The translations under genes and the position numbers were made by a program. From the IMG/VR virus record IMGVR_UViG_3300029939_000002: 64,000 nucleotides of DNA; one strand, 5' to 3'. The notes under the pieces were generated by a model. That model was not told the DNA's origin. It did not search any database and saw only the letters and a list, made by a program, of their open reading frames with translations. This stretch comes from an uncultured virus (IMG/VR IMGVR_UViG_3300029939_000002) (Duplodnaviria > Heunggongvirae > Uroviricota > Caudoviricetes). This document shows positions 9,249-18,575 of the stretch, in pieces (position 1 is the first letter of the stretch; each line of letters starts with the position of its first letter).

Positions 9249-10726
9249 AACTTAATAGATTCATAGGATTTACCTCTTTCTCTATATAAAATTTCTCGTG
9301 TTTTATTATGTTCAACATGACTACGAATGCCTCTATTATGAACTGTAATATATTCTGGATCTCTATCTGGTAATTTTCTAGTTCTGCCTAAAGTCTGAAC
9401 ATTAATAATTTCGGCTTTTGTACTAACAGTCTGAATAGTTGCTAATAGATTTTTAATATCAGTTCCTGTACCAGCTGATCCTGGTGTACTAACGATAATA
9501 TCAGATTCTTTCAAAACTTCATTAGGAGTTCCACTAATATAAAGATTGACAACACAATTTGTATCTCTTCTTAATTTAGTAACAAGATATTCGCACATAT
9601 TAATTGTAGTACATAACATTAATAGTTTATGTCCGTCATCTCTTTTATTAAGATAGTGAATTCTGATAATAGGTTTAAGTACTGTATCATAAACAGATTC
9701 TATCTTTAGTTTATTCTTTAATAGATATGCCTCATACTTAGCACCAGAATATCCTTTCGGAGACTGATATGCTCTTGATGGTAAATAACCAATATCATAA
9801 CTGTAGCTATAAACATTGATATACCTATCGAAATCACCTTCACCATATCTTTGTTTTTGTGGATAATGTAAATTAAAGATTTTCTTTTCAAACTCTTTTG
9901 ATCTACCTAATGTAGCACTAATAGGAATAAGAATTTCTGTATTAGACATCATATCGATTATAAGATTTGCTTTAAATCTTTCATGTGCTTCATCGATACC
10001 ACGAACACCTATTTTACAAATATCAAAGAAATCTTCAAATGGTGGTAATTCCTTATATGCTTCACTATTATCTGTTGCATATTCTTGTAATGTCGGTGTT
10101 GAAGCAATAATGATTTTAGGAAAGATAGTTTTATCAATCTCTTTTAAAAGTTTTACAATAGAAGCATATCCTTTAATAACATAAATGTCTTCTTTGTCAC
10201 ATCCAGTCCAAAGTAAAACTTCTTCTATCCACTGATCAACAAGACCATTTGTACACAAAATAGCTCTCTTTTTAAGTAATGTACAAATACGAATAAAACT
10301 AACAGTTTTACCACCACCAGTCTGTAAACTCAATCCCCTAATTGCATTATCTTTAAATATATTAATAATTGTATTAATTGCTTCTGTTTGTTTTTCACTT
10401 TTATCTTGATAACCTGGTTTCATAGAGAGATCTATACTTTTACCTTTTTGAATAACTCTTTGTATTTCATGAATAACACCACCATATGTTTTTACATATT
10501 CATAAAACTTAGTATATAAAAACTTAGGAATGTATAAATATTCATCTCTTTTATTGTAGTAGAAATACTTCTGTGTTGTAACATATCTTCTCGACATATG
10601 ATCCCACGATTTATCAATGAGCTGACCTAAGAACGGTCCTATAGGAACTAATGTATCTTTAATCATACCATTTTGATTTAACTTAACTTTAAAAGAATAT
10701 GGAGATGTGTGTACTATGACTTTCAT
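9245..10726 (-). CDS. SF2 DExH helicase (UvsW/XPB-like; phiKZ gp75 position)
   Basis: SLQTGGGKT, IDEAH, SAT, GTGTDI and QTLGRTR motifs. Start moved to the ATG at 10726, which follows GAGG. Confidence 0.9.
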   Translation of the reverse strand: MKVIVHTSPYSFKVKLNQNGMIKDTLVPIGPFLGQLIDKSWDHMSRRYVTTQKYFYYNKRDEYLYIPKFLYTKFYEYVKTYGGVIHEIQRVIQKGKSIDLSMKPGYQDKSEKQTEAINTIINIFKDNAIRGLSLQTGGGKTVSFIRICTLLKKRAILCTNGLVDQWIEEVLLWTGCDKEDIYVIKGYASIVKLLKEIDKTIFPKIIIASTPTLQEYATDNSEAYKELPPFEDFFDICKIGVRGIDEAHERFKANLIIDMMSNTEILIPISATLGRSKEFEKKIFNLHYPQKQRYGEGDFDRYINVYSYSYDIGYLPSRAYQSPKGYSGAKYEAYLLKNKLKIESVYDTVLKPIIRIHYLNKRDDGHKLLMLCTTINMCEYLVTKLRRDTNCVVNLYISGTPNEVLKESDIIVSTPGSAGTGTDIKNLLATIQTVSTKAEIINVQTLGRTRKLPDRDPEYITVHNRGIRSHVEHNKTREILYRERGKSYESIKL

Positions 10727-10867
10727 AGACAATTCCTCGACAGCATAATGGTAATATATATCTGCACAAAGGTGCAGATATTTTGAAGTGTATGAAAAAA
10801 CATAAGACACTTAATGGTAATGTATTATGTCATATAATAAGAGAAGAATTTAGTCTATAAAAATAAA

Positions 10868-10899
10868 ACAAGGGATGGTCCGTCTGGACCATCCCTTGT
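10868..10899. terminator. Hairpin, 14-bp stem
   Basis: acaagggatggtcc-gtct-ggaccatcccttgt; followed by a T-run on the minus strand. Confidence 0.75.
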
Positions 10900-10905
10900 C
10901 AATAA

Positions 10906-12864
10906 TCAGAGACTAAGACCAACTGTAAGACCCATGAATGTATCGAAAAATCCAGGAGGTTTGTCTTCAAGATAAGTCTTAGGATTTGTAAGATATGCCA
11001 TTTGTTTTTCATATGCAAATTGTGCACCAATAGATCGTCTTGGAATATTACGACCAAGACTATCGAACATGACATTATTCGGATCTCGAATAATTGGAAT
11101 TCTATAATTATCTTTAGATGTTTTAAGATAAGATTTGAGGACGATTTCGATATGAGCAAAATTGGTTGTAATTTGTTTATAAACAAGTTCACTAAAATCT
11201 CGTAAGACATCAGAAATAGAGGTATATGAAGCAACACCACTGAGCATAAAATTGCTCAAACTGTTATTAAATTTAACCATACTACTACTCTCAATGGTAT
11301 ATCTCATAATCGGATATTCAGCTGCATTAAACTCATCAAGAGGAATCCAAATCATATTGTCAATAGTACAACGATGGATATTAGCTTTAATGTATTTCAA
11401 GAATTCTAATGAGAAGAACGGGATAATATTGTTCATTGGCATTGTTGCATATTGTGATACAAGTTCACCAGTATCTCCGCGTATAAAGAGCATTTCTGTA
11501 ATACTACTAAAATGTTGTTCGTGAATAAACTTATCATTCTTAATACTATTAAGATCATTTATATTCTTCATATTAATAAAAGGTATACCAACCTTAACTG
11601 GTTTGATATTAAATTCTTCTCTAAGATAAATATCATTTTGTCTAATAAATAGATATTCTTTCATTTGCGGAGGAATACCATAGAGAACAGCATCGGTATT
11701 CGTAAAGTGTTTTGCACTCAACACAAGTTGTGATGCATCACTCATATAGTTTTGTGCAGCTTCTAAACCAATATTTGTAGAGGGTAAGAATTGTGCTGCC
11801 AATGCACCAAGACATACCGCACATGTACCATTGGTGTGATTACATGTAAATGGAGAACGCATGTTAACATATTTACCATAAAAATTAGAGACGTTTTCTC
11901 TATTGATCATAGTGAGAACACCATTTTCATAAATCAATTTACCATCCATTTGTCCTTTACTAGCAATACCAGCATGGATATATACTTGGATAAAACGATC
12001 TGTTCCACAATCACCAGCATATAACTTTTGGATAATAGAACTCTGAATCTGTTGTCTGCGATTACTATATTGGCTATCCGGCATAGCATCCTTATTGTAA
12101 TAGATTGTCTTCTTGCCAGCAAGACTTTCTGTTAAATAAGAGTGTGTGCTGTTTAAACCATCTAAGTAATTTTCAGTAATAGGACGCATAACAATAGTAT
12201 CGTCAGCATCGGTACGATATCCAATACCAACAAAAACCTGACCAATCTGTTTCTTACTCATAGAACCAACTTTAAGAGGAATAGAAAGAATAGTGTCGTT
12301 ATCACTAATCTCTTTAATAAAAGTATCTATTTGATTGGCTATTCTTTTCTCTACATGTTTAATACCAAGACGTTCTTCTTTCTTAATATCATACTTTCTA
12401 TGCTGATCATATTCTTGATCGAATAACATATCACATATTTCAAATGCAGAGCAAGACATTTCGTAAGAACCAAGTTGCCATGACACCATACGATGAATAT
12501 TATTATCACACATACAAATATCATCATTTAGTGTTAAATACTTAAGATCATTTCCTAATTTATCTTTTACATACTCGTTAATATAATTAGGATTTCTTTC
12601 ACGAATAGTATTCTCAATATGTGTTAATACAGCAGTCTGATTTTCTTTAGTGATTATTTTTTCTAATAAACAATGTTTTCTAGAAGGACGGACATTTCTA
12701 TCAACAAGAATTTTCCAAAACCAAACATTTAACATTAAGAACTTTCCAGATATTTCCAATGGACCATCTTCAAGATCCACAAGGAAAATTTCATTCTTAT
12801 TAGCTAATAACTGTTTCGTTAAATCAAAATCTATCTTTGTATTAAAAACATCAAACTTGATCAT
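10906..12864 (-). CDS. Non-virion RNAP beta' C-terminal subunit (phiKZ gp74-like)
   Basis: GDCGT, RSPFTC..GTCAVCLG zinc site, NIGLEAAQ..SQLVLSAKH trigger-loop-like segment, and HIEIVL. Confidence 0.9.
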   Translation of the reverse strand: MIKFDVFNTKIDFDLTKQLLANKNEIFLVDLEDGPLEISGKFLMLNVWFWKILVDRNVRPSRKHCLLEKIITKENQTAVLTHIENTIRERNPNYINEYVKDKLGNDLKYLTLNDDICMCDNNIHRMVSWQLGSYEMSCSAFEICDMLFDQEYDQHRKYDIKKEERLGIKHVEKRIANQIDTFIKEISDNDTILSIPLKVGSMSKKQIGQVFVGIGYRTDADDTIVMRPITENYLDGLNSTHSYLTESLAGKKTIYYNKDAMPDSQYSNRRQQIQSSIIQKLYAGDCGTDRFIQVYIHAGIASKGQMDGKLIYENGVLTMINRENVSNFYGKYVNMRSPFTCNHTNGTCAVCLGALAAQFLPSTNIGLEAAQNYMSDASQLVLSAKHFTNTDAVLYGIPPQMKEYLFIRQNDIYLREEFNIKPVKVGIPFINMKNINDLNSIKNDKFIHEQHFSSITEMLFIRGDTGELVSQYATMPMNNIIPFFSLEFLKYIKANIHRCTIDNMIWIPLDEFNAAEYPIMRYTIESSSMVKFNNSLSNFMLSGVASYTSISDVLRDFSELVYKQITTNFAHIEIVLKSYLKTSKDNYRIPIIRDPNNVMFDSLGRNIPRRSIGAQFAYEKQMAYLTNPKTYLEDKPPGFFDTFMGLTVGLSL

Positions 12865-14951
12865 GGGCTAATAACCTCTTTAAGTTCAGATTCAATCTTA
12901 ATACCTAAAGTTGTAATCATGTGACTGAACAAATTTAAGACACTATTCTTCTTAACAAGTTCTTCATTAGTAATATTGATACGTTCAATATTTGTAGGAT
13001 TCTTATTCTTTAAAATATCAGTAACTAGAACATTAACACCAGTAGGACTGTTTGCATGTAGGCTCGTATAACGAATCATTTCATTTGCATCTTCGCCCAT
13101 ATCCATACCAACAGTTCGCCATTCATCTTCGCCATATTTCAATGCACTAATACGAACCGTATATTGATTTTTAATATTAGGATTAGATGACTTCATAGGA
13201 ACGCCAAATTGATTAACATGACCAACACCAGGTGCTGTCTGATAAGGAACTTTACAAAGCGCGATAACATACTTAGAACCAATACAAACAGGTTTATCCG
13301 ATACGAACTCAGCAATGATATTGCCATCGCTATCAACGCGTTTATAAGATGCTTTAGAAATACCAACTTTATACTTCTTTCTTAAGAAATCAAAATGTTT
13401 CATAGTAATGTGTTTTAAGAACGGAGGCAACCAAATATAAATACCACCTTCATCACTAGTACTTCTTCCAAAATGCACACACTGACTTTTAAAATCTGGA
13501 TTCGTTGCAATAACTTGTTTTAGATAATTAGGATTAAGATCATTATAATACTCAAATAACATATCGATTGCTGATTGTTTATCTGTCTTATATAGCTCAA
13601 CAGCTCTTCGTCTAACAAATTCAGAAATACGATTAATACCTTGTTCTATCCATTGTCCTGTATTCATGCGTGCAATACAAGATGCAGGATCTAAAACAAG
13701 ATCAGCAACAAATCCATCTTCATCAACAGGCATACAGCTCTTTGGAACAATATGTCCAATAACACCTTTCGCACCTTCACGACCAGTAGTTTTATATCCA
13801 AAGGACATATGGCGTTTTTCAATATATGTAACGACAATTCTCATAAATTCGATAGGACGATTATTCCTACCAATAATACCAAGCTTGCATTTTGTATAGA
13901 TATTTTTAACTCGTCTACCTTCAGCAATTAATCGTTTCATACAATCAGAAACTAATCTATTAAAAGCACTTGAGCATTCTAAGTTACGATTCGTCTCATA
14001 AACCTTAACAATTTCTTCACAGTATTTAATATGACTATCAGAATACTTCTTAGCCTGGTCATACCACTTGCCAGAGATTTTAGCACCGCGAGAAATCTGA
14101 ACATCGATATCGATAACTTTAGCGCCTTTATGTGCAACATAACACATATCATGCATAGCCTGAGGTTTTGTTAATTCATTAGGCATTGTATCTGCAATAA
14201 ATGTTTCTGGTGTTGTTTTTCTAAATGCAGAAATAATACCATAATCAGAAATAGTTTCACCAAGATCAGGAAGGAATTTATAGTTAACATCATCACCATA
14301 AAGATTAATCGGGATGTTATTACTTCCGATTACAAAAATCTGTTTATAGATAGCACTAGAACTTAAGTTATCTGCTAATTCATCGGAGATCCACATGGAA
14401 TCTTCAATGATATGGGGAGATGTCATATATGCAACATTAACATTACGACCCATACAGTAAGCACCATCTTTATTAATAGGAGATCTTGAGAGAACAGTTT
14501 CTTTTAAAAGGACTTCACCAGCTCGAAGAGAATGTCTATTGCTTAAAACATTTTCATAACCAAAACCATCAGCAACTTTAGTATATGGACTAACAATAAA
14601 GTGATGGATTTTACAATCATCGAGACCCTTACAGATAACTGTATGTGCCTGCTGAATATAATTGATGTTAGGATACTTTTGAACAACAGCAAGAATAATC
14701 ATATCTTGTTCTCTATGAGTATCATTAATATCAAATTGTCCAAAGTCATATTCTTTACCAGTAAATTGAAATGCAAATTGACTACCATCAACTAAAATAG
14801 TTTGATTGACATGCGAACCGTGCATATCAGTGCGCTGACCAGAACTATTCTTTAAATGAGGATATAAACCAGGCTGTAATCCAAGAATACGACTATCAAC
14901 ACTAACATTATCTAAACTCGGAAACTCTTCGGCGATTTGTAACTTTGACAC
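12861..14951 (-). CDS. Non-virion RNAP beta C-terminal subunit (phiKZ gp71-73-like), uninterrupted
   Basis: MGRNVNVAYM..IEDSMWIS, GYKTTGREGAKGVI, ARMNTGQ and KYGEDE correspond to RpoB conserved regions. Confidence 0.92.
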   Translation of the reverse strand: MSKLQIAEEFPSLDNVSVDSRILGLQPGLYPHLKNSSGQRTDMHGSHVNQTILVDGSQFAFQFTGKEYDFGQFDINDTHREQDMIILAVVQKYPNINYIQQAHTVICKGLDDCKIHHFIVSPYTKVADGFGYENVLSNRHSLRAGEVLLKETVLSRSPINKDGAYCMGRNVNVAYMTSPHIIEDSMWISDELADNLSSSAIYKQIFVIGSNNIPINLYGDDVNYKFLPDLGETISDYGIISAFRKTTPETFIADTMPNELTKPQAMHDMCYVAHKGAKVIDIDVQISRGAKISGKWYDQAKKYSDSHIKYCEEIVKVYETNRNLECSSAFNRLVSDCMKRLIAEGRRVKNIYTKCKLGIIGRNNRPIEFMRIVVTYIEKRHMSFGYKTTGREGAKGVIGHIVPKSCMPVDEDGFVADLVLDPASCIARMNTGQWIEQGINRISEFVRRRAVELYKTDKQSAIDMLFEYYNDLNPNYLKQVIATNPDFKSQCVHFGRSTSDEGGIYIWLPPFLKHITMKHFDFLRKKYKVGISKASYKRVDSDGNIIAEFVSDKPVCIGSKYVIALCKVPYQTAPGVGHVNQFGVPMKSSNPNIKNQYTVRISALKYGEDEWRTVGMDMGEDANEMIRYTSLHANSPTGVNVLVTDILKNKNPTNIERINITNEELVKKNSVLNLFSHMITTLGIKIESELKEVISP

Positions 14952-14996
14952 GTTTAGCTACCCCTATGTTAAGCTTTTTTCTGTGTCGTCAAAGTA

Positions 14997-15006
14997 GTAA
15001 TATATA
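14997..15006 (-). promoter_or_regulatory. Early-type promoter motif TATATATTAC
   Basis: Matches the phiKZ early consensus TATATTAC; the same 10-mer precedes the gp68-like and beta'-N genes. Confidence 0.65.
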
Positions 15007-15094
15007 TTTATTTGAAAAGTCAAATATAGATACAATAGTATAAATATTATATATATAAATTGATTTTTTAAACAAGAGGAGGGTTTGTAAAACT

Positions 15095-15445
15095 ATGGCT
15101 TCAACCACATTATCCAGTATATTAAGAAGTTCAGTTATTTCAAAATATAGCAATACTGATGCAGGTTGGATACAATTTGTAAAAGATTATAAAAATCTAT
15201 TTATTAAAAATTCTAAAATATATACATTGACATATGACATTATGGCAACATATCAATATAGATTGAAAGACTATATGAAATATGTTGGTATTAGTTTAGA
15301 TTTAGAATACGTCATTAGAGAGATAAATGATCTTCATGGAGATGAACAATTTAAAGATATTAAATTTATGTATGTTCCAACTATTGAATACTTAAGGACT
15401 GTATTTAATTTATATAAAACATCTTTGGTTAAAACAACATTGTAA
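15095..15445 (+). CDS. Hypothetical protein (possibly LysM-like baseplate protein)
   Basis: Strong RBS (GAGGAGG); the ..VIREINDL..MYVP pattern weakly resembles LysM/gp53-like domains. Confidence 0.6.
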   Translation: MASTTLSSILRSSVISKYSNTDAGWIQFVKDYKNLFIKNSKIYTLTYDIMATYQYRLKDYMKYVGISLDLEYVIREINDLHGDEQFKDIKFMYVPTIEYLRTVFNLYKTSLVKTTL

Positions 15446-15450
15446 ATATG

Positions 15451-15486
15451 TATGAAGAGAGAGCCCGATCGGGCTCTCTCTTCATA
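15451..15486. terminator. Perfect 36-bp loopless palindrome between convergent genes
   Basis: tatgaagagagagcccga|tcgggctctctcttcata. Confidence 0.7.
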
Positions 15487-15489
15487 TAC

Positions 15490-15984
15490 CTATTTTCTGT
15501 TATAATTTACAGTTCCTCTGAAAATATATTGAATATACCAGAATAGCCATATCCAGGGGTATCTTTTAAATATCTCTTTTACTGTAATAACTTCATAACT
15601 TTTATACTTATTATAAAAAACATCTAAATTCTCAGTTAATGTTAATTTATGTTTTTCTTTTAAGTTTAATAGAAATGATCTTGATATATTGTTTTCTATA
15701 AAAATATTTAAATCTATAATCTTTGACATAGTATCAAATTGATTTAAAACTTCTTCTATAAACTTACTAAGATGCGTCTTTACGATAACAGATTTTAGAT
15801 CCCATTTGGCAATAGTCATAATGATATATTTATGATCATCTTCTTTATCCGTGTTTAATCTATATATTCCATTTTCATCTATTAAAAAGTCTTGATCTAC
15901 ACACCAAGATATAATGACATCATAAAATAAATTTAATTCAGTATACATATCTATCTTTTCAGTTTTCTCCTTTATAAAAAACAT
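15490..15984 (-). CDS. Hypothetical protein
   Basis: 164-aa ORF with GGAG RBS, closely following 15990..17138. Confidence 0.65.
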   Translation of the reverse strand: MFFIKEKTEKIDMYTELNLFYDVIISWCVDQDFLIDENGIYRLNTDKEDDHKYIIMTIAKWDLKSVIVKTHLSKFIEEVLNQFDTMSKIIDLNIFIENNISRSFLLNLKEKHKLTLTENLDVFYNKYKSYEVITVKEIFKRYPWIWLFWYIQYIFRGTVNYNRK

Positions 15985-15989
15985 AATGT

Positions 15990-17138
15990 TTATTCTCCCA
16001 TATTCAATGGCATAATAGATGCTGCAACTTCTCCAGCTAGCTGTCCTTGCGAAGAAGGAACGCCAATAACGCCCTGAACCTGATTAAAACATTCAATAAC
16101 TGTATTTATAGTTTTCACCATATCTTCATAAGCAGCAGTATGTCGTTCACCATCACCAGTTCCATTATCTGGAGAGTTACCATTCGCAGTCCCACTCCAA
16201 CTACCATCTAACCCAGATGAGATGGATGAAGCTTTATATTGAGATCCTGGATCTCCAGAATTATAACTTGCAGCTCTAATAGCAGAAGCAACCATCTGTC
16301 CGATGAATTTAGATGAACCAGTTACGCCAAAACAAGGACTATTAAAAACAGTTGAATTTGTAACAGTAAAGTTAACAAAATTAGAGGCGATTTCAAATAT
16401 ACCATCTCCAGAAGTATTTGCAATACTTAGTAGTGGGGAATTTAAAATCATATTTTTACCAGCTGAAATGAGCAATGTTTCTGGTATAATGATTTGCCCA
16501 TTTTTTCCTTGTAAGTTTATCATACAGTCATCGGAGTTTGTTAAAACAACTTGTGGTTTATTACTATCAATACACACTGTATTTCCCAATATATCTCCAA
16601 AATAAGCAGTAGCATTATCCATATCTACTTCTAATTTATAAGATGTAAATTCACCATCACTATTAGCCAATGATATTCTAAAATGTTTTCCTCTTTTTGT
16701 ATCTAATTCAATCAAATAAGTATTTGTATCATCGAGATCATCTTCGCCCTGCCTATTTGCTATTTCTATTCTTAGTGTTTCATTTTTCCGTAGGTATTTA
16801 TCTCGACCATCACAAGACCAAGTAAATTTATCAGAACTTACTCTTCTAACAGTAACCTGTTCGCCTTTCATAACATCAGGAGGATATTTATGATTACCAT
16901 CACCTTCATACGTAGCAGAAATATTATTTGATGTTGTTGTATTAAAAGTTATAGATTTACCAGAAGCATCCATAACCGCAATATTTGCGCTAGAATTCTT
17001 AGCATCGATAGCACCAGTTTGCATTGGTTGTAATTCTGGAATATATACTTTTATAATTACACTATCTTTATCTTTATCTTCTGCAACATAACCATGAAAT
17101 GTTTCTACAGAACTAACTCTATCTTTTGGTTCTGTCAT
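15990..17138 (-). CDS. Baseplate spike/needle-like protein (gp5/VgrG OB-fold plus beta-helix; phiKZ gp164-like)
   Basis: GYVAEDK..IKVYIPE and PPDVMKGEQV N-terminal motifs, followed by short alternating beta-strand repeats. Confidence 0.6.
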   Translation of the reverse strand: MTEPKDRVSSVETFHGYVAEDKDKDSVIIKVYIPELQPMQTGAIDAKNSSANIAVMDASGKSITFNTTTSNNISATYEGDGNHKYPPDVMKGEQVTVRRVSSDKFTWSCDGRDKYLRKNETLRIEIANRQGEDDLDDTNTYLIELDTKRGKHFRISLANSDGEFTSYKLEVDMDNATAYFGDILGNTVCIDSNKPQVVLTNSDDCMINLQGKNGQIIIPETLLISAGKNMILNSPLLSIANTSGDGIFEIASNFVNFTVTNSTVFNSPCFGVTGSSKFIGQMVASAIRAASYNSGDPGSQYKASSISSGLDGSWSGTANGNSPDNGTGDGERHTAAYEDMVKTINTVIECFNQVQGVIGVPSSQGQLAGEVAASIMPLNMGE

Positions 17139-17158
17139 TATGACTTATCCTTTAAAAA

Positions 17159-17187
17159 ATATAAGGAGGGCAACACCCTCCTTATAT
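17159..17187. terminator. Hairpin, 12-bp stem
   Basis: atataaggaggg-caaca-ccctccttatat; followed by a T-run on the minus strand. Confidence 0.65.
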
Positions 17188-17197
17188 CTCATTGGCC

Positions 17198-18490
17198 TTA
17201 TAGGATATTTGGCATTCCGGGAGTTCCGCCAAACGAATTACTCCCAAAATTCGATCCTTCTCCAGCCATAGGGGCGCGATTTAATGGCATCGGTTTTTCG
17301 ATATTGAAACTACCAAAATTACTACTCTGATTAGAACCAAAGTTATTATTATTATTATTATTATTCCCAAATGAACTACCACCACCAAACATGGCTCCAA
17401 ACATACCACCACCATTCTGATTAGATTGATTATTCAAATTAGCAAATGAACCAGTGCTACCAAATCCAGAACCAAACAGATGTTCAGTATATGCATTCTT
17501 AGGTGTACTTAAATTATCACCAAAGAGACTATTTGATTTTGTTAAATTACCAAACATTGAATTTCCAGTACTCTGTTGCTGTTGAGCAGGCTTCTGGACA
17601 ATTCTAGCAACAGAAGAATTGATCTTATTTGCATCTTGTGCAACACTACTAGCAATTTTAATATACTTGGGAAGATTATTAACATGAATGGCAAACTGTG
17701 ACATATTCTTAGTATAAATACCATCAACCATATCAATAATAGGATTGATCTTATCATAGATTTTGTACAATAAATGAACAGTAGAAATCATTCGAGGACA
17801 CGGAGCAACTGGACCATCGAATTCAGGCTTTACATAATACTTTTCTTCAAGTTCATCAATAGTCTTAATATCAAAGATCTTTTCAGTAAGATACATAAGA
17901 ACTGCCCAAGTACCCTTACGGACATTGAACTTTTCTTTATAAGCATCAATGAGTTCTTGCTTACTATTTAAAAGACGAACATTCAAAGTACACATCATAG
18001 TTTTATCGCGATACATAACATCAACAAACATATCAGTTTCATTCTTAAGAATTTTATCAAATTCAACAAGAGTCTTTTCATCGACCTTGTCAACAATACC
18101 ACTAACAAGATTAATTAATTTTGTAGGAATAGTCTTTTCAGATTTATCTTTAGCTTTAACAGCTACTTTGATAAGCTCGCGATAAGCAAATTGAATCCAA
18201 CCAACAGCGCCGCCACGAACAGTTCTATAGAAGAAACGATTAGCAGGATGATCAGTGGTGAGCTCAGCAAACGGGTTAAGCATGAGTGCTTCTTGATCAT
18301 TAAAGACTTCTTGGAATAATAATACATGGCGTTTCTCATCCTTACCAGAAGTAATCTTTATACGATTATCATTAGAATCGATAACATAACCATCATCATC
18401 AGTAGAATAAACAGGCGCAGATAAGTTAATTAAATATCTAAGACAATTCGTAACATCATGGGTTTTAACCATAACAATGTCAGCTGTCAT
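17198..18490 (-). CDS. Conserved core protein (phiKZ gp70 position) with FG/Asn-rich disordered tail
   Basis: DDDGYV..LNPFAE N-terminal motifs and position after the PicA-like gene; 11 FG dipeptides in the last ~120 aa. Confidence 0.7.
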   Translation of the reverse strand: MTADIVMVKTHDVTNCLRYLINLSAPVYSTDDDGYVIDSNDNRIKITSGKDEKRHVLLFQEVFNDQEALMLNPFAELTTDHPANRFFYRTVRGGAVGWIQFAYRELIKVAVKAKDKSEKTIPTKLINLVSGIVDKVDEKTLVEFDKILKNETDMFVDVMYRDKTMMCTLNVRLLNSKQELIDAYKEKFNVRKGTWAVLMYLTEKIFDIKTIDELEEKYYVKPEFDGPVAPCPRMISTVHLLYKIYDKINPIIDMVDGIYTKNMSQFAIHVNNLPKYIKIASSVAQDANKINSSVARIVQKPAQQQQSTGNSMFGNLTKSNSLFGDNLSTPKNAYTEHLFGSGFGSTGSFANLNNQSNQNGGGMFGAMFGGGSSFGNNNNNNNNFGSNQSSNFGSFNIEKPMPLNRAPMAGEGSNFGSNSFGGTPGMPNIL

Positions 18491-18575
18491 TTAAGTCCCC
18501 TTGGATTTTCTGAAGAATAGAAATGGGTTGTCAACAACCCACTCCGGTTTCAATTCTAGAATATGATATCATATT

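Noticed and set aside
12861..14951. Intron or intein in nvRNAP beta-C, as in phiKZ gp71-73
   Set aside because: The ORF is continuous, of expected size, and has its motifs in order.
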